From Eledone cirrhosa (Eukaryota), in the NCBI GenBank assembly GCA_964016885.1, contig OZ024743.1, positions 44,454,001 to 44,518,000 of the forward strand: a stretch of DNA of 64,000 nt, in the 5' to 3' direction. Shown one piece after another: positions 1-13,926 of the stretch (within the stretch, counting starts at the first letter, position 1; each line of letters begins with the position of its first letter). The translations under genes were made by a program, and so were the position numbers. Under the pieces are notes generated by a model. That model was not told the DNA's origin. It saw only the letters and a list, made by a program, of their open reading frames with translations, and ran no database searches.

Positions 1-336
1 CCTCCCATTGGTCAGTTGTGAGAGCATTCCTCAGTCAAAAGTCTATAGAAATTATTTCTGGGGTGAGGCTACCTGTTGTGTTTATTTTTGCTATTGTTAA
101 GTACATCTAACTTCTACGCTTATTTTTGTAGTGGTATCGGTGCTGTGGTCAGCCTAGGTCTTGCTGCTGCTGACATTTTGAAGTATCTGTGTGTGTTTCT
201 TCATCCATCCTGCCATCATTTCTCGTAGTGGTGGGGGGGGGGGGGGGGTCTGTGCCATGCATATGAAGAAATAGAAGGCAATAAAATGAAGAAAACAGAA
301 AATAATTAATAAATAGAAAATAAATGAAAAATTAAG
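1..336 (-). mobile_element. Inverted partial pseudo-LTR at the 5' end of the Penelope element
   Basis: Reverse complement of about 2718-3066; a 5' inverted pLTR is a known PLE integration hallmark. Confidence 0.85.
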
Positions 337-1934
337 TTAAACCACCCTAGATCCATAATCAAGGCCGCGGTGAAGAGTATCCCGGACAGGATCTCCAGCC
401 TGTCCGCAAATAAGTAAATATTCCATAACAACGCGGAATATTACAACACAGCTCTAAATAAGGCGGCACATGGCCAAAATATAACATATAGTCCTAGGCG
501 CCGGGTTAAGGATGGCCCAACGGACACCCACACCCGCGTTGTCCGGGAGGGGGCGCACCCTAATAATACAGGCAGAACAGAAACAAATATGCACCATGAA
601 CCCGACACCACCACACGGGCGATGATGACGAGTACGCTTAACCATGAGAAGAAACCCACTATGAGTAGCTGTCTTACGGGTGATTCTAACCACCACGGGC
701 CCGACGACCCCAACCGCAGGACGCGTGGGGGGTAACGGGGGACCACCCCACAGTGGATCTCCCAGCGCGGGAAACAACCACCCCACATATTCGGGCCGTG
801 AAGATAGCAAAACGCATAGCGCCCAAAGCGGAAGCAACAATGCGGGAACCACCAGCAATCCAACAACTCTCCAACAACTCACGACGCCCCCAACCCACCC
901 ATATAGGAGTAGACGCAGAAAAATCACCTACTCAGCGGCCCTAAGAACAGCTTGGCCCGATCATTCTTTGGAGCACTTGATAAATGCTTCCCGAGGGACC
1001 ATAGATACCACAAGATCTTCAACAGACACACTGTGAAGCTCTCGTATTCCACCAGGAGAAATCTGGCCCAACCCATAGCTAGCATCAACAGGAGTAGGCT
1101 TTAAAAGCACACACAACCAGAAGATGGCAATATAAGTACCCAGCAGAACCATGTGGAAGGAGGGAGGGGGGACCCAGTGCCCACCCAAGAGTCTGAAACA
1201 GACACGGGGATCCCCCCACCATGCTCAGGGGAAGACTAAAATGTAACACGTAACGGGAACCCCACACTAGGCACGCAGATGTCGACCACCCTCTGAAACT
1301 GCAGAAACCCCGAATCAGCCCCCTTAGTAATGAATGCCTTAAGAAGAATCTAATATACGGATGTAGGGTTAAAACCCCCAACTCCGAACACCTCTACATA
1401 GGAGCCACATCAACGAGCTTTAAAGACCGTTGGTATAACCATCGCCATTCCTTCAATAAGGAGGCCAAAAGGAAAAGTTACGGCTCTTTTCCGACTTGAT
1501 CTGGAAGCTTCAGCTGGACAGGACGCCGTACTCTCTGGCCTGGTGCATAATCAGGAAAGTACCACCCGATAAAGGGGGATCTGGAATATGCAAACTATGT
1601 CTGAACGAGACCCTCGAGATACTAATAGGTGGAAGCCGCCTGATAAACTACAGAACCGACTTCTTTGGGACATGCAGACACCTCAGGGCCGGGACCATAC
1701 TCAAGCTATATCGACAGTAACAACACACTGAGATGTGAACTCCCCTCAAGCTATAAGGACTTCTCCAGAACATGTAGACACCTCTTGGCCGGACCTCCCT
1801 CAAGCTATGGGCAGTAACAACACCATAGGTTGGGAACTCCGCGCAAGCCATAGGGACCCACCCAGGCTGAGCAGACACCATGATAGCCTAGAGATTGATT
1901 CTGACACAGCCTTTCTAATTTGGCCAACATCTTC

Positions 1935-3345
1935 ATAACACACACACATTTTATTTTACTTGAATCTTCATTTTTTTTATTTTTCATTTCCTTTTTGTTT
2001 TCTGTTTTCACCACCACCACCACCACCACCACCACGAGAAATGGGGGCAGGATGGACGAAAAAACACACACATATACCACTTAACGTCAGCAGCAGCAAG
2101 ACCTAGGCTGACCGCAGCACCAATTCCACTACCAAAATAAGGGTAGAGGTCAGATGTACTTAACAATAGCAAAAACAAACACTACAGGTAGCCTCACCCC
2201 AGAAAGAATTTCTATAGACTTTTGACTGAGAAATGCTCTCACAACTGACCAATGGGAGGAGTGACCTTGCAAACCCTTCTAACGTTGAGATTGGTTATAA
2301 CACACACACATTTTATTTGATTATCTTATCTTATTATATTTTGTTTTATTCTTTTACCATCTTGTTCCTCCTGCCACTTTATCCAACATCTTTCTGACTT
2401 TGAGATTTGTTATAGCATACACACATTTTATTTTATTTGAATCTTCATTTTTATTTTTTATTTTTCATTTTTCATTTTTCATTTTTCATTTTTCATTTTT
2501 CATTTTACATTTTTCATTTTTCATTTTTCATTTTTCATTTTTCATTTTTCATGTTTCCTTTTTCCTTTTTCCTTTTTCATTTTTCATTTTTCATTTTTCA
2601 TTTTTCTTTTTTCATTTTTCATTTTTCATTTTTCATTTTTCATTTATCATTTTACATTTTTTATTTTTCATTTTTCATTTTTCATTTTTCATTTTTCATT
2701 TTTCATGTTTCATTTTTCATTAATTTTTCATTTATTTTCTATTTATTATTTATTTTCTGTTTTCTTCATTTTATTGCCTTCTATTTCTTCATATACATGG
2801 CACAGCCCACCCCCACCCCCACCCCCTCCAATACCACCACCACGAGAAATGGTGGCAGGATGGATGAAGAAACACACACAGATACTTCTAAAAATCAGCA
2901 GCAGCAAGACCTAGGCTGACCACAGCACCAATACCACTACCAAAATAAGGATACAGGTCAAATGTACTTAACAATAGCAAAAACAAACACTACAGGTAGC
3001 CTCACCCCAGAAAGAATTTCTATAGACTTTTGACTGAGGAATCCTCTCACAACTGACCAATGAGAGGAGTGACCTTACAAATCTTTCTAACATTGAGATT
3101 GGGTATAACACACACACATTTTATTTGATTATCTTATTTTGTTCCTTTACTATCTTATTCCTTCTACCACTTTATCATTTGTTTTAGCTGACTCCAACAC
3201 CAACATCACTACCAACATAAGAGTAGAGGTCAGATGGACTTAACAATAACAAGTACAACCAATAAAGATTGCCTCGCCTCAGAACGAATTTCTATAGACT
3301 TTTGACTGAGGAATGTTCTCACACCTGACCAATGGAAGGAGGAGA
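1935..3345 (+). repeat. Internally reiterated blocks in the PLE 3' region, including a (TTTTCAT)n-like minisatellite at about 2450-2730
   Basis: Block atttctatagacttttgactgag..ctgaccaatgg recurs at about 2208, 3017 and 3288; acacacattttattt recurs at about 1940, 2303, 2420 and 3112. Confidence 0.85.
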
Positions 3346-3497
3346 TGTCCTTTGACGCTGAAAGTCGTTTGCTTAAATTCATATGATTTCAGTTCGTCAG
3401 TGAAATAACAGCCCAACCAGGAACTGGGCATATCAGAGTATTGACAAAGTTAAACACCTCAACAATATGTGTACTCGTCTCTTCCACACTAATTTGG

Positions 3498-3552
3498 ACT
3501 GCCTGAAGAGGTCACAGCCAAAGAAGGCTGTCACCGAAATATATACAGCAGT
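3498..3552 (+). ncRNA. Minimal type I hammerhead ribozyme
   Basis: actgc-CTGAAGA-ggtcacagcc/ggctgtcacc stem II-GAAA-tatata (palindromic stem III)-cagcagt, followed directly by AATAAA. Confidence 0.75.
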
Positions 3553-3699
3553 AATAAACGAAGCCAAATTTAAAACATTTAACTTATTTATTTTATTTTA
3601 CATTGCTCCGGAGTAACCAAACCAGCCTGCGCACTTCGTCGAGTGCTCCAATCTGCATACTGGGGTATTGGTATACAATCAACATATACTCAAAATTTA

Positions 3700-3750
<51 letters not shown>

Positions 3751-4182
3751 CCTAGCTTCGTTTGTCTGTTTCTCTCTTACTGCTTCCCCCCTCTCTCTGT
3801 ATCTCTCACCTTCTTTCGCCCCCTCTGTCAGTCACACTTTCTCTCGACTGGCCACTTCCTCGCACTTCCACTCACTCACTCTCTGTTTCTCCCCTTCTCA
3901 CTTCCTCCCGTTTGGCTTGTGTGGGGTCCTTTCTCGCGTCGGACGGTCTGCTCTATCTCTCGCAATGAAATTCACCCAGCTTAAGCTGAACGGATATCAT
4001 GTGCTTGTTTCTTCCTATCTTTCCGTTGCTATACCTTATATGTTTGTTTTCTTGTCTCGCTCGCTTTACGCGATATTACTTGTCCCAATAGCTTTATTTA
4101 GCTATTGCTCGCACCAACTGCATTATATAATTTTTAAAGCGATGAAATACCAATGAAGGTTGTAAAATCACTGATGAAGGAC

Positions 4183-4253
<71 letters not shown>

Positions 4254-4269
4254 TATATATATATAGTTA

Positions 4270-5385
4270 AACAAATAAAGATTCAGCGAGAATGGCATTT
4301 CGGCTGGCAGGAAAGGCGAAACCTAACGCAAAAATCAGAAATTACACTGGCAAAGTGCTCAATAGTTAAAAACCAGAGCTAAACAATGTGTTAAGAAGCC
4401 ATACAAAACTGAAAAGGTGGTCAAGAAGGCATTAACCACCCAAGCCAAAAAAAACAAATCAAGCTAAACGGGTCAAAACAAAATAAATGATACGAAATAA
4501 ATTATAACCAGACCTGGACTCCCGGAATTGCTGTTAAAATCCGATGTAGAGTTTCTGTGACACCTAAATCAAAATACAGTCTGCTTAAAAATATAAGCTT
4601 TGGGTATAATGAACGAAGAAGGAATATCATGTTATCAACAGGTATTTCGCTCTGTACCAAATAAGTAAATGACACGGTGCTGAGTTAAATCACGTGTGGA
4701 AATCACAAGAGGAATAAAACCAGATTTTGGCAAAGTAATTCAGTAAGTGTATATCATGCAAAAAATAGCATAAATAGCACAAATCGAATAAGTTCTCGAC
4801 CGGGTGGTTTTAAAATAAACTTATACAATTAACCTGTCAATAGAAATTATTACCAAGTTAATTGTAACACACGGGAGATTAATACAAATAAAGATTCAGC
4901 GAGAATCGCATTTCGGCGGGCAGGAAAGGCGAAACGAAACGCAAAAATCAGAAATGACACTGGCAAAGTGCTCAATAGTTAAAAACCAGAGCTTATCAAT
5001 GTGTTAAGAAGCCATTCAAAACTGAAAAGATAGTCAAGAAGGCATTAGCCACCCAAACCCAAAATAAACAAATCAAGCTAAACAGATCAAAACAAAATAA
5101 ATGATAAAAAATAAATGATATCCACACCTGGACTCACCGAATTGCTGTTAAAATCCGATGTAGAGTTTCAGTGACACCTAAATCAAAATGCAGTCTGCTT
5201 AAAAATATAAGCTTTGGGTATAATGATCGAACAAGGAATATCACGTTATAAACAGGTATTTCGCTCCGTACCAAATAAGTGAATGACACGGTGGTAAGTT
5301 AAACCACGTGTGAAAATCACAAGGGGAATAACCCCAGATTTTGGCAAAGTAATTCAGTAAGTGTATATCATGCAAAAAATAGAAT
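4270..5385 (-). mobile_element. Non-coding tandem element (unit about 610 bp, 1.8 copies) abutting (TA)n
   Basis: caaataaagattcagcgagaat recurs at 4272 and 4885; further partial copies at about 6982-7257 and 7345-7568 all begin at nearly the same point next to TA repeats. Strand is inferred. Confidence 0.7.
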
Positions 5386-5843
5386 ATATAAGATCGTAGG
5401 TATATGCAGGTAATAGTATGTAATTATAAGGTTGTATTACAAGTGGAAATAAAAACGATAGTCACTAGCTAGAGATAAGATTGTGAAAAAATAGTCTACG
5501 TACTACTTTAAAGAAGATACATGAAAATGGTTCTATGGAGGGGAGGTATTACTACAGGATGGGAGAGGATAAGGATAAATTAGGAATAGGTAAGGTTTAG
5601 TTTAGATAGGGTAGGGACAAATAACTAGGAAAAATGCAAAGGTAGAAAACAAATAATAAAGGAGGAGAAAAATAGAGAAAACAAATGAAAAAAAGATAGA
5701 AAATAATATATAGAAGGTGGGGATGAAGAACTAAACTAAAAGAATCAAAGTTGGATCAAACCTCCTGTTAGCAAAAAAGTATGCCGACCGGTGATGACAA
5801 TTAATCACAATTCATTACGATCATTAATTGGGCATGGGTTAGA

Positions 5844-6018
5844 TAATTGTTTCTACTTTTGTCACAAGGCCAGAAATTATCCCAGTGCATTACTGGTACT
5901 TTGTTTTATCAACCCCGTAATTAACCTCGGTGGGATTTGAACTCAGACCATAAAGAGCCGTAACTCTTTGCTGCAATGCATGGCGTCCGACCCTCTATCG
6001 ATACTGCTAATCCACTGC
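5844..6018 (-). mobile_element. tRNA-headed Meta-type SINE
   Basis: Same family as 24995-25183; degenerate TSD ggttagataa/gattggataa. Confidence 0.8.
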
Positions 6019-6117
6019 AAGGATTGGATAACGTTACAAAATAAGCTTCGGATGAACAGAGATCACAATGAACCTTCAGTTCTTTTCATGAGGGTGATTT
6101 ACCTAAAATATCCCAAA

Positions 6118-6303
6118 TAATTGTTTCTACTTTTGGCACAAGGCCATCAATTACCCAGTACATTACTGGTACTTTATTTTATCGACCCCGTAAGGATGAA
6201 AGGCAAAGTTAACCCCGGCGGGATTTGAACTCAGACCGCAAAGGGACGTAACTATGCTGGAAAGCATGGCATCCGACTCTCTACCGATACTGCCAATCCA
6301 CCA
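6118..6303 (-). mobile_element. tRNA-headed Meta-type SINE
   Basis: Full copy with TSD atcccaaataa. Confidence 0.85.
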
Positions 6304-6324
6304 TCCCAAATAATATTATATAGT

Positions 6325-6833
6325 TTGAGAGTTTTTACAAGCCTAGTAAGAAAGGTCGAGGATTTTAAGCTAAGAATAGACTTAAACACATTAAAGGAAA
6401 TCGCCATCCCACTACTAACGGCTTGTTTCCTATCCCGAGCAATACATTTAGAATTAACTGTAATAGAAAACCTAAGCAGACACTCCCCTATAATACTAAC
6501 ATCTGATCTACCACATCCTTAAAAAATTTAAAGAATAATCTCGACTTACCCATAAACAGTTCTAATAACTATAGTGCCAATCATCATAAGAGGTCTCATA
6601 ATGTATCCTGACTAAATTCTCCCTTCTCGATTAATGTCGCTTCTGACCTCCCTACAATGTTCTTCTCTATCTTGCGGAACCCCCCCCCCCTCCCACCACC
6701 CAACCCCCACCTGACCACAAATACTATAAGCTTTTCAATAAAAATCATCTTAAGATTTCTTTCTCTACCAATTGGCTAACTAAATTGGCTTTAGGAATCA
6801 TAAAACATTAAATAACCACAGGGAATCCCTATC

Positions 6834-6870
<37 letters not shown>

Positions 6871-6970
6871 GGGGGGGGGGGGTCGATAGGGATTCCCTGT
6901 GCTTATTTAATGTTTTATGGTTTCTAAAGCCAATTTAGTTAGCCGAACTGGGGGTGGTAGAAAAAGAAAT
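6325..6970 (+). pseudogene. PLE linker fragment, head-to-head with the preceding piece, with its last ~80 bp duplicated in inverted orientation (6884-6970)
   Basis: NSPFSINVASDLPTMFFSILRN..PPDHKYYKLFNKNHLKISFST matches the FNPPY..HKYHSIFNKN..LSFST motif of the PLE at 37895-38035. Confidence 0.7.
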
Positions 6971-6981
6971 ATATATATATA

Positions 6982-7666
<685 letters not shown>

Positions 7667-7876
7667 TTAGAAACACACAGATACATGCGGACACACACAT
7701 ATACATGAATGCATCCACACCCAACCGTGAGTTAATTGTGCCAACCTTACCGATGTTGCTCAATGAATGACTAGGACAGTCTCGACCGTTATATGGCGTG
7801 ACTATCTCTCTCTCCGCCTTTTGGGATTCTTTCTCACGTCGTGTAGACGCGTTCTTGAAGCTAGTAAAATGAGGTA

Positions 7877-7966
7877 TCCTCTTGATAAGTCGGCAGACCT
7901 CGCAAGGACTCTATATCTTTATGATGTATTGTTTTTGTTTATGCCACGAAACTACGTAGTCGAGGA
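7877..7966 (+). ncRNA. Type I hammerhead ribozyme, U3-A8 core variant
   Basis: tcctc-TTGATAA-gtcggca...tgccac-GAAA-ctacgtag-TC-gagga; 5 bp stem I, palindromic stem III, GUC site at 7959-7961. Confidence 0.75.
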
Positions 7967-8469
7967 ATCTAGGAGCAGTTTAGGTATGATACATTTTATT
8001 ACTAATTATATCTAAATGTTTCTTCTCTCTTCATAATGTATTTTTAACTCTGATACTGGTTCAGTCTAATTCAACCGGATTGATCTGTCCCAGTCATTCA
8101 TTGAGCAACATCGGTAAGGTTGGCACCATTAACTCACGGTTGGGTGTGGATGCATTCATGTATATGTGTGTATCCGCATGTATCTGTGTGTTTCTAAATA
8201 TATTGTTCATAACTCCCTCTGGTCGAGTAATCTTTGAAGTGTGGTGACTGCTGTAAAGCTGGCATTACTCATCCTTCTCGCCTCCTTCACCACCTCTTCT
8301 ACGGCTTCGATATGAATACCCGCTCCGCCTCCGTGGTATTTTTTTCGGGGTTATAAGAGGCTTAGCTCTGTTTCTCGACCGTTATATCGCGTGACTATCT
8401 CTCTCTCCGCCTTTTGGGATTCTTTCTCACGTCGTGTAGACGCGTTCTTGAAGCTAGTAAAATGAGGTG

Positions 8470-8559
8470 TCCTCTTGATAAGTCGGCAGACCTCGCAAGG
8501 ACTCTATATCTTTATGATGTATTGTTTTTGTTTATGCCACGAAACTACGTAGTCGAGGA
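8470..8559 (+). ncRNA. Second copy of the U3-A8 hammerhead
   Basis: Identical motif 593 bp downstream. Confidence 0.75.
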
Positions 8560-8628
8560 ATCTAGGAGCAGTTTAGGTATGATACATTTTATTACTAATT
8601 ATATCTAAATGTTTCTTCTCTCTTCATA

Positions 8629-9955
<1,327 letters not shown>

Positions 9956-9986
9956 TATATATATATATATATATACGTAAGTATGC

Positions 9987-10031
<45 letters not shown>

Positions 10032-10080
10032 TGTATGTATCAAATTCTAGACCATTATTTGTCTAGCATTCTAGATAACA

Positions 10081-10270
10081 GCGGTGGATTGGCAGTATTA
10101 GTAGAGAGTCGGGCGCCATGCTTTGCAGCAAAGCGTTACGGCCCTATATGGTCTGAGTTCAAATCCCGCCAAGGTTAACTTTGCCTTTCATCCTTACGGG
10201 GTCGATAAAATAAAGTACCAGTAATGTACTGGGTAATTGCTGGCCTTGTGCCAAAAGTAGAAACAATTAT
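10081..10270 (+). mobile_element. tRNA-headed Meta-type SINE
   Basis: B-box gagttcaaatcc, core gcctttcatccttacggggtcgataaaataaagtaccag; TSD ttgtctagcattctaga. Confidence 0.85.
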
Positions 10271-10313
10271 TTGTCTAGCATTCTAGAGTTAATAGCATTT
10301 TATAAAGTTCTTG

Positions 10314-10392
<79 letters not shown>

Positions 10393-10433
10393 TAGGAATA
10401 ACCAAAGAGTGCTTAGAAATACATTGTTTTATT

Positions 10434-10480
10434 AGCTAACAGTGTTTCATCCATACCCCAAGGCAGGAATCATCAGAGCC
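10434..10480 (-). ncRNA. Minimal type I hammerhead in a pLTR-like fragment (about 10389-10720) ending in (TA)n
   Basis: Minus strand ggct-CTGATGA-ttcctgcc ttgg ggtatggat-GAAA-cactg-TT-agct-AATAAA. Confidence 0.7.
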
Positions 10481-11022
10481 TATTAACAAGAGTATATCAA
10501 TAGTTGCATTCTCCATCGAGCTGCGTCACTAGAACAAGGTTAAAGGACCAGCAGGTGGTTCCCGAGTCCAGCGCTACAAGGAAAAAGACAGAATACATGA
10601 TGCACATAATGTCATAAAATGTCTTTAAAAATTTAAAATTTACTCCAAAAAATGTATCACTTAATGGTGCAATAGATGATAAAGTGGTTGGGAGAGGGTA
10701 GCAAGGGATGAGTGAGGATATTACTCAGCCTGATCAGAAACAATAATAAAATGTGTGTGTTTGTACGTGTGCATGCTTACATATTTATATATATATATAT
10801 AAATATGTAAGCATACACACGTACAAACACATGCACACATATATGTGAATATGCACACGTACAAACACACACACACACACACACAAACACAAAAACACAC
10901 ACACACCACACACATATATATATACGCACATACATATAAATACATATTCAGCGTACAGCGCGAGAAATAAAATTCTAATTTTATATATATATATATATGT
11001 TGTGTGTATATATATATATATA

Positions 11023-12865
11023 TACAAGATAATATAAATTAATATATTTGATAAACACAAATACCAACATATTCATGTTTGTATTGTAAATGACCAAGTT
11101 AGCTAGATTGAAATATACTAATAATAATATTACAGTTTGCCTGTCTTGATTTAAGATAATAAATCAACAAAAACAAATCGTATTGGCAATGGCCGTGGTG
11201 CTTGGACAAATTTAAATTTCAAAATCAAACCTGTCCGTAGACAGGTTTAAACCTTAAGATCAAAATATGTTTCGAATAATGAAAAATTGGAAGAAATACC
11301 GCATTTTGAACTCCTCAGCAAGCACTATAGAAATTGGTATGTTCCACTTCAAAATATTTAGAAAGACTGTTTAACGCACGAGGTAATTTCACGCGGTTAT
11401 CCAATGTCTAGCTAGTCACATACTCGTGCTGCTAGAAATAACAGCCGTTTGTATGGGGCTAAATTCAGCTCAACGAAGGAGCAGTGATAAATCAATAATA
11501 ATGAGTTCAAATCTCAGGCAGTCTTTTACAATGAAATAGCTCAAAGAAAGAGTATTTCTGAGCCGTGTAATACAAGATAATATAAATTAATATATTTGAT
11601 AAACACAAATACCAACATATTCATGTTTGTGTTGTAAATGACCAAGTTAGCTAGATTGAAATATACTAATAATAATATCACCGTTTGCCTGTCTTGATTT
11701 AAGATAATAAATCAACAAAAACAAATCGTATTGGCAATGGCCGTGGTGCTTGGACAAATTTAAATTTCAAAATCAAACCTGTTCCGTAGACAGGTTTAAA
11801 CCTTAAAATCCAAATATGTTTCGAATAATGAAAAAGTGGAAGAAATACCGCATTTTGATCTCCTCAGCAAGCACTATAAAAATTGGTATGTTCCACTTCA
11901 AAATATTTAGAACGACTGTTTAACGCACGAGGTAATTTCACGCGGTTATCCAGTGTCTAGCTAGTCACATACGCGTGCTGCTAGAAATAACAGCCGTTTG
12001 TATGGGGCTAAATTCAGCTCAACGAAGGAGCAGTGATAAATTAATAATAATGAGTTCAAATCTCAGCCAGTCTTTTACAATGAAATAGCTCAAAGAAAGA
12101 GTATTTCTGAGCCGTGTAATACAAGATAATATAAATTAATATATTTGATAAACACAAATACCAACATATTCATGTTTGTATTGTAAATGACCAAGTTAGT
12201 TAGATTGAAATATACTAATAATAATATTACAGTTTGCCTGTCTTGATTTAAGATAATAAATCAACAAAAACAAATCGTATTGGCAATGGCCGTGGTGCTT
12301 GGACAAATTTAAATTATCACTGCTCCTTCGTTGAGCTGAATTTAGCCCCATACAAACGGCTGTTATTTCTAGCAGCACGAGTATGTGACTAGCTAGACAC
12401 TGGATAACCGCGGGAAATTACCTCGTGCGTTAAACAGTCTTTCTAAATATTTTGAAGTGGAACATACCAATTTTTATAGTGCTTGCTGGGAGATCAAATT
12501 GCGGTATTTCTTCCACTTTTTCATTATTCGAAACATATTTGGATTTTAAGGTTTAAACCTGTCTATGGAACAGGTTTGATTTTGAAATTTAAATTTGTCC
12601 AAGCACCACGGCCATTGCCAATACGATTTGTTGTTGTTGATTTATTATCTTAAATCAAGACAGGCAAACTGTAATATTATTATTAGTATATTTCAATCTA
12701 GCTAACTTGGTCATTTACAATACAAAGATGAATATGTTGGTATTTGTGTTATTAACAAATATATTAATTTATATTATCTTGTATTACACGGCTCAGAAAT
12801 ACTCTTTCTTTGAGCTATTTCATTGTAAAAGACTGCCTGAGATTTGAACTCATTATTATTGATTT
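11023..12865. mobile_element. Non-coding tandem element (unit 548-549 bp, 2.35 copies) plus one inverted unit; (TA)n on both sides
   Basis: tacaagataatataaatt at 11023, 11571 and 12120; 12314-12865 is an inverted copy; a diverged relative lies at about 63495-63830. Confidence 0.85.
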
Positions 12866-13154
12866 CTATATATATATATATATATTCCTAAAAGAAGCAT
12901 AATTAATTTTAACATGTAAACTATACTACTAACAACGATTCCACAATGTTTTGAAGTATAATACTTTGCTAAATATAAATCACATTCTGATAGCTCTTGT
13001 TTACTATAGAACAAAGCTAAATATTGAATAAAAGCATTCCCATTTTTTTATCATATAGAATTCGTAAACCTAAAACAACTAAAATAGTTAAACATGATTC
13101 ATTATGTGTTATAATGGAAACAGTTCTTTATGATATATGGATATATAGGTATAT

Positions 13155-13845
13155 ATGTATGGTCTTCTGGTTTTATAATTTCACAAATTTTTGCCAATAG
13201 AGAGAGAGTCGGTTTCTAACATAGACACAAGACTCTCTCATTGGAATTTACATATCAACTAGGTAGATATGTATGCATGTCAGCATGTGTAGATATGGAT
13301 GTTATTGTATGTGTGGATGTGGATGTTTTGAGTTGTGTGTGTGTATGTGTGCTTAATATCTGTATATGCAGTTACTAGATGCAACATTTTTGGAATCTTT
13401 TACATATTTTTACTGTTCCATTAATGGATTGTACTTGTAATTTCCTAACTAGTTTTGTTCCTTCTGTTCCTGTGAAGCTCAGCTTCTTAAGATTTGTATT
13501 GAGGCAGTTACTAACATATCCCGGTGCCCCAATAATCACACGCATAAATCTGAAGGTATAATCAGGGTGGAGTTCTGCATAAATATCCTCCTTTTCGCTA
13601 ATCTTTGATATTATATTGTCATCTGCTGGGTAGCTAACTTCTACTACTGTGCATGCCTCCTTTTCCCTGTCCCATATCATAATATATGGTCTATTATGCC
13701 TGCATTTTATTCGGGTTTTTACTGGAACATTCCACCAGTAGACTTTCATATTATGTATATGTATATCTTCCACATTGCTATAGCTTTTAGTGTGTTTATT
13801 ATCGGGGCTATCTTTTCTACGGATTGCATGGCTATCTTTTCTACG
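13155..13845 (-). mobile_element. 3' fragment of the R4/Dong-type LINE (RLE domain and 3' UTR)
   Basis: ORF 13375-13773 (HNRPYIMIWD..VVEVS) and the 3' UTR closely match 50350-51040; abuts (TATG)n. Confidence 0.9.
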
Positions 13846-13926
13846 ATGTATGTATGTATGTATGTATGTATGTATGTATGTATGTATGTATGTATGTATG
13901 TATGTATGTATGTATGTATGTATGTA

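Larger units (their letters stand above)
337..3702 (+). mobile_element. Penelope-like element, 5'-truncated and disabled: RT thumb, long linker, GIY-YIG, 3' pseudo-LTR with HHR, ending in (TA)n
   Basis: Translates as NHP.SIIK..VKSI..RIS.LS..NAEYYNTAL (about 340-455), then NLIYGCRV..HLYIGATSTSFKDRWYNHRHSF (about 1345-1455) and CKLCLNE..LINYRTDFFGTCRH (ORF 1496-1720). Frameshifts present. (TA)n starts at about 3703. Confidence 0.9.
5390..6325 (-). pseudogene. PLE GIY-YIG C-terminus and 3' UTR remnant, interrupted by two SINEs
   Basis: With the SINEs removed, the minus strand reads YNIIWDILGKSPS*KELKVHCDLCSSEAYFVTLSNPCPINDRNEL..NCHHRSAYFF. Confidence 0.7.

Noticed and set aside
2400-2919. F/I/H/S-rich ORFs, and the many YI/CV/TH/ER-repeat ORFs elsewhere
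   Set aside because: Translations of mini- and microsatellites.
4171-4190. CTGATGAagg just before (TA)n
   Set aside because: Possibly a truncated HHR, but no GAAA or stem III remains.
12314-12400. ttatcactgc resembles the twister ribozyme start UAACACUGC
   Set aside because: The L4 (CCCAAGC-like) and terminal GAGGG elements are absent.
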